NCBI GenBank assembly: GCA_964492065.1
Contig: CAZBHH010000001.1
Span: 6,500 to 70,499, forward strand
Length of the DNA: 64,000 nt
Origin: an uncultured Chitinophagales bacterium
Lineage (GTDB): Bacteria > Bacteroidota > Bacteroidia > Chitinophagales > BACL12
Direction: 5' to 3'
Part shown: piece by piece, positions 58,256 to 64,000 of the stretch
How positions within the stretch are numbered: the first letter of the stretch is position 1
Layout of the letters: each line of letters begins with the position of its first letter
Made by a program: the position numbers and the translations under genes
The notes under the pieces: generated by a model
What the model was told of the DNA's origin: nothing
The model's input: the letters and a program-made list of their open reading frames with translations, nothing else
Database searches by the model: none

Positions 58256-60052
58256 CTAAAAATAATTTATATACCCAAAATGAATTTTTGCATTTCTGAA
58301 TTGCAATGGCGTAGTTTCAGTTTTCCCCAGCGCATAACTCAATCCGAAAATACCGGCTTTTGTCTCAAAGTTAATACCTGCTCCAAATCCAAGCGGAAAT
58401 TCGCAGAGTGCCGGGTTCAGGCTTTCATTGATGGCGTAACCGATATCGGCAAACAACTGCGCAAAGGAATTTCTGGAGAGCAGGTAGCGAAATTCAGTCG
58501 TTATCAGGTAATACGCCGAGGCGGTGACAGATTGTTCGTCGAAGCCCCTCAGGATGCCGTTGCCTCCAATGCGGTACAACTCGTTGCTGAAAATCTGGTC
58601 GTTAAAAATACCGGCGCCTCTGAATCCTGCCAATATTGTCGCATGCGAAAAAATGGGAATAAACCATTGGATTTTAAACTGGTAATTGATGGAGAGCGAT
58701 CTCAGGCTGATACTGTCGTACAATGTTTCAAAATCGTAATCGGGAAATGCCGGGTCTGTCAAATCGAGTAAGCTGACATTTTTCTTTATCGTTTTAACGC
58801 CGGCGGAAACCTGGCCCTCCAAAAAGATACCCCGCCTGGGGTTATACAGGTAATCGAGATTTTCATAATGCCCTCCGATTCCATAGGATTTTATTTGCAG
58901 ATCTACATTGGGCGGCAGGCTCTTGTTGGCGAGGACGTAAGCGGTATCCATTTGCAGAATATCCGAATGATAAAAAGCGATAAATCCCTTTACATAGTTG
59001 TTGCCGCGAAAGTGAAACAACACTCCCGCATTTTCTTTTCTCTCTAAAAAGGTCGAATCACGCAGGAACAGGCTGAACCCCAAGTCGAGCCCGACAGGCA
59101 GGGAAGGCAGGTAGGGATACATCAGTGAGGCTTGCAGTTCCTTTGTAGAGCTCTCCAATTGGGTAAACCGCAAATCGAACAATTCGCCGACCGAAAAAAT
59201 ATTGTACAAGCGCAAATTGCCGTCGCCCGTCACCAACAGCCTTCCGGTGATTGCGTTATTGGGTAATACGCCGATAACCGCATCGAATTTACTCGCATTC
59301 TTATTGTCGAGAAATGCAACCACCTTGGCTTCATTGCCCAAAAATTCCACCTGGGTGCTGCGCAGAAAATTCGCAAATGGCAATTCCTTTAAACCCAAAT
59401 CCACCGCATCGATTAACGCCTGGTTATAAAATTTTCCGTTTTTAATTCCCGTATATTGTGACAAATAGTTTTCGGATAATTGCAAGTCGCCACGCACTTC
59501 AATGCCTGAAAATTTTATCAACCTGCCCTTATCCAGGCGGAGGGTAGCCGTCAGTGCCGTATCCTGCAATGCTATATCGTCCAGCCAGGTAGTGGCAAAT
59601 GGATAACCGTGCATCTCGGCATAGGTAATCAGCGACTGCATCAGCACAAACAACTCCAGGTGATTATAGGGCGCACTCGCAAATTTTTTCTCTTTAAAGC
59701 CCGCTGCGTTCAGGATTAACGGATCTATACTATCGGTTTGCAGGTGTACCCAGTCAATCCGGCGCCCGGTATGCCACCGGATATGCCAAATCGTATCGCT
59801 CTTTGATATGATCTGATAATGTGCCAGCAGGTAACCGGCATGGTATGCAGTGAGCAGCAATTCATTCAGGCTTTTGGCGGCGAGTTGTGCATTGTCGAAC
59901 ACGGTATCGGGTGAAAAATTTTTGCCGAAGATTTCCTTGTCAAATTCTCCATCGTCAAACCTGAGCACGCAGGCATCCTGGGAAAAGGATTTCTGGCCCA
60001 TCCAAAGTATCGCAGATAATATGAATAATTTTACAGTCACTATGCCGAACAA
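58256..60052 (-). CDS. Omp85/TamA-like outer-membrane protein with POTRA-like domains (start may be GTG ~60040)
   Basis: GYPFA POTRA motif, YRIGGNGILRGF loop-6 motif, C-terminal YINYF. Confidence 0.8.
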   Translation of the reverse strand: MFGIVTVKLFILSAILWMGQKSFSQDACVLRFDDGEFDKEIFGKNFSPDTVFDNAQLAAKSLNELLLTAYHAGYLLAHYQIISKSDTIWHIRWHTGRRIDWVHLQTDSIDPLILNAAGFKEKKFASAPYNHLELFVLMQSLITYAEMHGYPFATTWLDDIALQDTALTATLRLDKGRLIKFSGIEVRGDLQLSENYLSQYTGIKNGKFYNQALIDAVDLGLKELPFANFLRSTQVEFLGNEAKVVAFLDNKNASKFDAVIGVLPNNAITGRLLVTGDGNLRLYNIFSVGELFDLRFTQLESSTKELQASLMYPYLPSLPVGLDLGFSLFLRDSTFLERKENAGVLFHFRGNNYVKGFIAFYHSDILQMDTAYVLANKSLPPNVDLQIKSYGIGGHYENLDYLYNPRRGIFLEGQVSAGVKTIKKNVSLLDLTDPAFPDYDFETLYDSISLRSLSINYQFKIQWFIPIFSHATILAGFRGAGIFNDQIFSNELYRIGGNGILRGFDEQSVTASAYYLITTEFRYLLSRNSFAQLFADIGYAINESLNPALCEFPLGFGAGINFETKAGIFGLSYALGKTETTPLQFRNAKIHFGYINYF

Positions 60053-60087
60053 ATTTAATCACATTCTATTCCCTGCTGCGTGAGCCG

Positions 60088-61215
60088 ATGGCTGGTATTT
60101 ATATTCATATTCCGTTCTGCCGTCAAAAATGCAATTACTGTAATTTTCATTTCAGCACATCGGTAAAACGCATTCCCGAGATGACGGATTGTATTAACCG
60201 GGAAATAGAATTGCGAAAGGATTACTTAAAAAACGAACCTGTTGATTCGGTCTATTTTGGCGGCGGCACGCCATCCTGGATTGGCACGGCGTATATTCAA
60301 TCTATTTTAAATACCCTGCACGAAAATTTTACAATTAGCCCCCTTGCCGAAATCACCTTAGAAGCAAATCCCGACGACGTACAACCGGAGATGCTCGCCA
60401 CATTGCGCAATTCGGGCATCAATCGCCTGAGTCTGGGTGTTCAATCTTTTTTTAATGCGCACTTGCAATGGATGCATCGGGCGCACAATGCGGAAGATGC
60501 ACATTTAAGTATCCGGCAAATACAACAGGCGGGATTTTCCAATTACTCCGTAGATCTCATTTACGGGTTACCCGGTTTAACGGATGACCAATGGCGTCAA
60601 AATCTCGAAGTATTGCTAGGCGAAAATGTACCGCATATTTCCTGTTACGCATTGACGGTGGAGCCAAAGACGGAATTGTTTCATACACTGAAGAAAAACA
60701 AAATACCGCCGTTGGACGAGGAGCAATCGGAGCGCCAATACCATATCACCCACAGAATACTCACTGAAAACGGATACGACCACTACGAGATTTCCAATTT
60801 TGCAAAACCCGGTTTCCGGGCGGTGCATAATTCCGCATACTGGGAAGGCAAACACTACCTGGGCATAGGGCCTTCGGCGCATTCTTTCAATGGGGCCTCA
60901 AGGCAGTGGAACGCAAGTAACAACGCATTGTACATGCATGGTATAGGGCAGGGAGTTATCCCGCACGCATATGAATTACTTTCACCGGTGCAGCAGGCAA
61001 ACGAGATGATCATGATTGCATTACGGCAAAGCAGTGGATTAAACCTTACCGGGTTTCAACAGAAATTTGGCACTGCATTTTATAAGGCGCTGTTAAAAAA
61101 TATCGGGCGCAACACCTCTGCATTCGAAACCGATACCGGAGATAACCTGGTTATTCGGGAATGCAACCGATTCATATCAGATACAATTATCAGCGATTTA
61201 TTTCTGGAAGAATGA
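60088..61215 (+). CDS. hemW: Radical SAM heme chaperone HemW
   Basis: IYIHIPFCRQKCNYCNF, GGGTPS, YEISNF, HNSAYW. Confidence 0.93.
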   Translation: MAGIYIHIPFCRQKCNYCNFHFSTSVKRIPEMTDCINREIELRKDYLKNEPVDSVYFGGGTPSWIGTAYIQSILNTLHENFTISPLAEITLEANPDDVQPEMLATLRNSGINRLSLGVQSFFNAHLQWMHRAHNAEDAHLSIRQIQQAGFSNYSVDLIYGLPGLTDDQWRQNLEVLLGENVPHISCYALTVEPKTELFHTLKKNKIPPLDEEQSERQYHITHRILTENGYDHYEISNFAKPGFRAVHNSAYWEGKHYLGIGPSAHSFNGASRQWNASNNALYMHGIGQGVIPHAYELLSPVQQANEMIMIALRQSSGLNLTGFQQKFGTAFYKALLKNIGRNTSAFETDTGDNLVIRECNRFISDTIISDLFLEE

Positions 61216-61219
61216 GTAG

Positions 61220-63199
61220 TTATGGGTTTACCCGTGTAGCCGGCATGTGCAAGGCTAAGAACCCGCACATAGCTTTATAAAATTCCAGCCGGTTTTCTTC
61301 CAACCGAAAGCCATGTCCTTCGTTTTCCTTCAGCATATACACGACATGGATGTTCCGGTTGAGCAGCGCATCAACCATTTGCTGCGATTCCAATTCAGTA
61401 ACCCGCGGATCATTAGCTCCCTGAGCAATAAACAACGGCGCCACAATTTTGTCGGCGTGTAATACGGGCGACACCTCGGCAAGCAAAGCGCTGTCTTTAA
61501 CCGGATGACCTATCATTTCATACAGCATTTCCTTTTCGGGTTCCCAATAGGCGGGAAGATTCGCCAGCAGGGTGAAAAGATTAGATGGACCGACGTAATC
61601 AATGCCGCATGCATAGAGGTCGGGCGTGAATGTCAGACCAGCCAAGGCGGCGTAGCCACCGTAGGATGAACCGTAAATGGCGATGCGTTCGGGATCTGCA
61701 ATCCCCTGTTGAACGAGCCAATTCACACCGTCGGTAAGGTCGTCCTGCATTTTGCGCCCCCACTGTTTAAAACCCGATTCGGAAAACGCCTTGCCATACC
61801 CCCAACTGCCGCGGTAATTTATTTGCAATACCGCATAGCCCCGGCTCGCCAGCATTTGCACTTCGGGTTTGAATCCCCACATATCCCGCGACATGGGGCC
61901 GCCGTGTACAATCATAACTAATGGCATATGCTTACCCTCGCTGTGGATGGGTATCGTCAAATACCCGTGAACAGTCAGGCCGTCTCTGGTATTAAAACTA
62001 ATGGGTTGCATCGGCGACATTTCTTCCGACTGAATACTCTCGTTGAGTATGGCGAGCTGATCCAGTCGGCGATTTACGGCGTTGAACAAATAATACCTCC
62101 CCGGCGATACATCCGAATAAGTCCGCACGATGATATTCTCCTCTTTATCATCTATTGAACTGAAATAAATTTCTTTATTGGGCAATTGCGTTTTAAGGTA
62201 TTCGTAACAGCTATTCAGTTTCGGATCGGTGAACACCGTATTTTTCTTATCTGTGATAAAATAATAAGCAGTCAGCACCTTGCGCCTGCGAGAGCTTTCA
62301 GCCCACCATATATCCACTTCGGGATGTTCGAAAATCAATTCCGGGTGTTGGGGATCAGCCGGGTCAATGCGCACCAACGCCGCTTTATCCCTGTTGAGGT
62401 TTGACAATGCATAGATATGGTAATTGTCCGAGTCGAAGAACATCGGCTGCACCATATCCTTCCAGTTGCTGCTGAGTATGGAGTGAAATGCCGAATCCGG
62501 ATGATTGCGGTACAACAAGTGCGTAATGGTACCCTGCTCCACTGAAACGGCTATCCGCACATTGCCCTTATTGTCGCAAAGCCATTGCGTGATCGGTTTT
62601 TTCAAATTATTGTTGAAGGCGAGTTTGTGCAGAGCGCCCGTCTGTATATTTACCCGGTACGGTTCAAACAGTGCACGGTTATCTTTATTCATGGATATTA
62701 TTACTTCATCTTCCGAATCGGGCAATACATCGATGATATTTATACGCACCCCGTCCAGGTCGGTAATTTGTTTCGTCACGCCCTCAGTAGTCACACTGAA
62801 GAGCTTATAATTTTCATCGCCGTTATTATCCTTAATAAACAACAGGGTGTTGTTGTTCTTCCACAAATAAGCGCTTAAATCGCGGTCGGTTTCCGATGTC
62901 AACCGGCGGGGCACATCGTCGCCGGTACTGCGAATAAAAATATTCAGGCGATTGTTATACGGCGCCAGGTAAGCAATATATTCCCCATTAGGAGAAATCG
63001 TATAGGCCGTTTTTTCGGGATTCTTAAAGAAAGATTCAACGGGTATTACACCGCTGTCGTAACTTATCAGGTTGCGGATACCCGCTTCATCGTTAATGAC
63101 GGCGGGTGTATCCTCGCTACAGGTTCCACTCATACTCACTATGCACAACAGCAATCCTACAGTGAAACCCAAAAGGGGAATGCGACTTATTTTCTCCAT
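61220..63199 (-). CDS. S9C dipeptidyl aminopeptidase/acylaminoacyl peptidase
   Basis: VHGGP, GSSYGG, NDPRV, EGHGF triad; start moved to ATG 63199. Confidence 0.92.
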   Translation of the reverse strand: MEKISRIPLLGFTVGLLLCIVSMSGTCSEDTPAVINDEAGIRNLISYDSGVIPVESFFKNPEKTAYTISPNGEYIAYLAPYNNRLNIFIRSTGDDVPRRLTSETDRDLSAYLWKNNNTLLFIKDNNGDENYKLFSVTTEGVTKQITDLDGVRINIIDVLPDSEDEVIISMNKDNRALFEPYRVNIQTGALHKLAFNNNLKKPITQWLCDNKGNVRIAVSVEQGTITHLLYRNHPDSAFHSILSSNWKDMVQPMFFDSDNYHIYALSNLNRDKAALVRIDPADPQHPELIFEHPEVDIWWAESSRRRKVLTAYYFITDKKNTVFTDPKLNSCYEYLKTQLPNKEIYFSSIDDKEENIIVRTYSDVSPGRYYLFNAVNRRLDQLAILNESIQSEEMSPMQPISFNTRDGLTVHGYLTIPIHSEGKHMPLVMIVHGGPMSRDMWGFKPEVQMLASRGYAVLQINYRGSWGYGKAFSESGFKQWGRKMQDDLTDGVNWLVQQGIADPERIAIYGSSYGGYAALAGLTFTPDLYACGIDYVGPSNLFTLLANLPAYWEPEKEMLYEMIGHPVKDSALLAEVSPVLHADKIVAPLFIAQGANDPRVTELESQQMVDALLNRNIHVVYMLKENEGHGFRLEENRLEFYKAMCGFLALHMPATRVNP

Positions 63200-63345
63200 A
63201 GCCTGTTGTCCAAAGATATGACCTCTAACAAAATATGCAGGCATCGAAGTTCTGCCCGATACAGACGTTTAACAGTGTTTAACAGAAATGTGGAAGTATT
63301 TCGAATCCAAACCCAGTTGTTCAAGCTATGGCTTGCTGCGGCGCA

Positions 63346-63846
63346 TTATTTATCCTCCTTTGCCGACAGTTCTTTCAGCTTTTCTTCCAATATATATTCA
63401 TCGCCCTCCACATATCCGCTGTGCGTATCGACGATTACTCCGTTTTGATCTGTGATTACGGTATATGGAACCGTCTGACCATTCAGCATGCGCTGTAAAT
63501 CTTTATTCACATCTAACAGTACCGTATATTCCCATGCCTGGCCGTTTACATAGGACTTAACATTGGAAGTCGTCTTTGCATCATCGATCGATACCGCAAT
63601 GATTTCTACATTGTAATCCGCCTGCCAGTCTTCATATAAATCGGCGATATTATTCAATTCCTTCTTACAAGGCGTACACCAGGTAGCCCAGAAATTGAAC
63701 ACGGTAATTTTGCCGTTTTCACCGAAGGAGGCGACATTGACCTTATTGCCATTGATATCAAACAATTCGAGTGATGGCAGCTTGTCCTGGGAAAATGCGA
63801 AATGACTGCCGAGCACGAAGAGAGCGATGGTACTTATAAACTTCAT
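63346..63846 (-). CDS. TlpA-family thioredoxin-like disulfide reductase
   Basis: FWATWCTPCKKE; signal peptide; TATCTTTG promoter at 63864-63871 on minus strand. Confidence 0.9.
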   Translation of the reverse strand: MKFISTIALFVLGSHFAFSQDKLPSLELFDINGNKVNVASFGENGKITVFNFWATWCTPCKKELNNIADLYEDWQADYNVEIIAVSIDDAKTTSNVKSYVNGQAWEYTVLLDVNKDLQRMLNGQTVPYTVITDQNGVIVDTHSGYVEGDEYILEEKLKELSAKEDK

Positions 63847-64000
63847 TGTATTGATTTAAGAGTCAAAGATATTATCTCTTGCCAATAATTATGCCATTAA
63901 CGGCTTTTGTTTGACCGAATTCTGAAGGTAATACCCATGTATAAACCGGGTTTTGAGTGATAATTCAGACTCAAGATTTTATCTTTGACCAATCTAAAAA

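Noticed and set aside
1-64000. CRISPR arrays, IS elements, prophage or defence islands, and Sec/Pyl stop read-through
   Set aside because: No regularly spaced direct repeats or mobile/defence protein motifs were seen; the enzymes appear full length without internal stops

Overview
A 64-kb stretch of mostly core chromosome from a gliding Bacteroidota bacterium. The Chitinophagales-like assignment is inferred from gene content (gldKLMN/porP/sprE) and TAnnTTTG promoters. It holds about 55 CDS, the RNase P RNA (rnpB) and tRNA-Arg(TCT). I saw no CRISPR array, transposase, integrase or phage genes. Housekeeping genes include clpC, rnz, smpB, pcm, ung, uvrC, a PBP1A, hemW and the T9SS/gliding motor operon. 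The least ordinary part is a redox/metal-stress block at about 18.9-32.7 kb: catalase, an AhpD-like protein, an Fe-S Rrf2 regulator with candidate operators, a divergent cbb3-like (C-family) heme-copper oxidase operon, and a CzcCBA-type pump. The oxidase keeps its O2-reducing site but has several proton-channel residues substituted. It has no CcoP/Q and carries two small uncharacterised genes. Other leads are a secreted alpha/beta-hydrolase lacking its catalytic Ser/His, a small Cys/His-rich ORF starting 10 nt after rnpB, a candidate ~85-nt sRNA, a GCS2-ligase/CBS fusion, and atpZ/atpI-like genes without the atp operon. All analysis was by eye; no database searches were run. Reference residue numbers are recalled and need checking.
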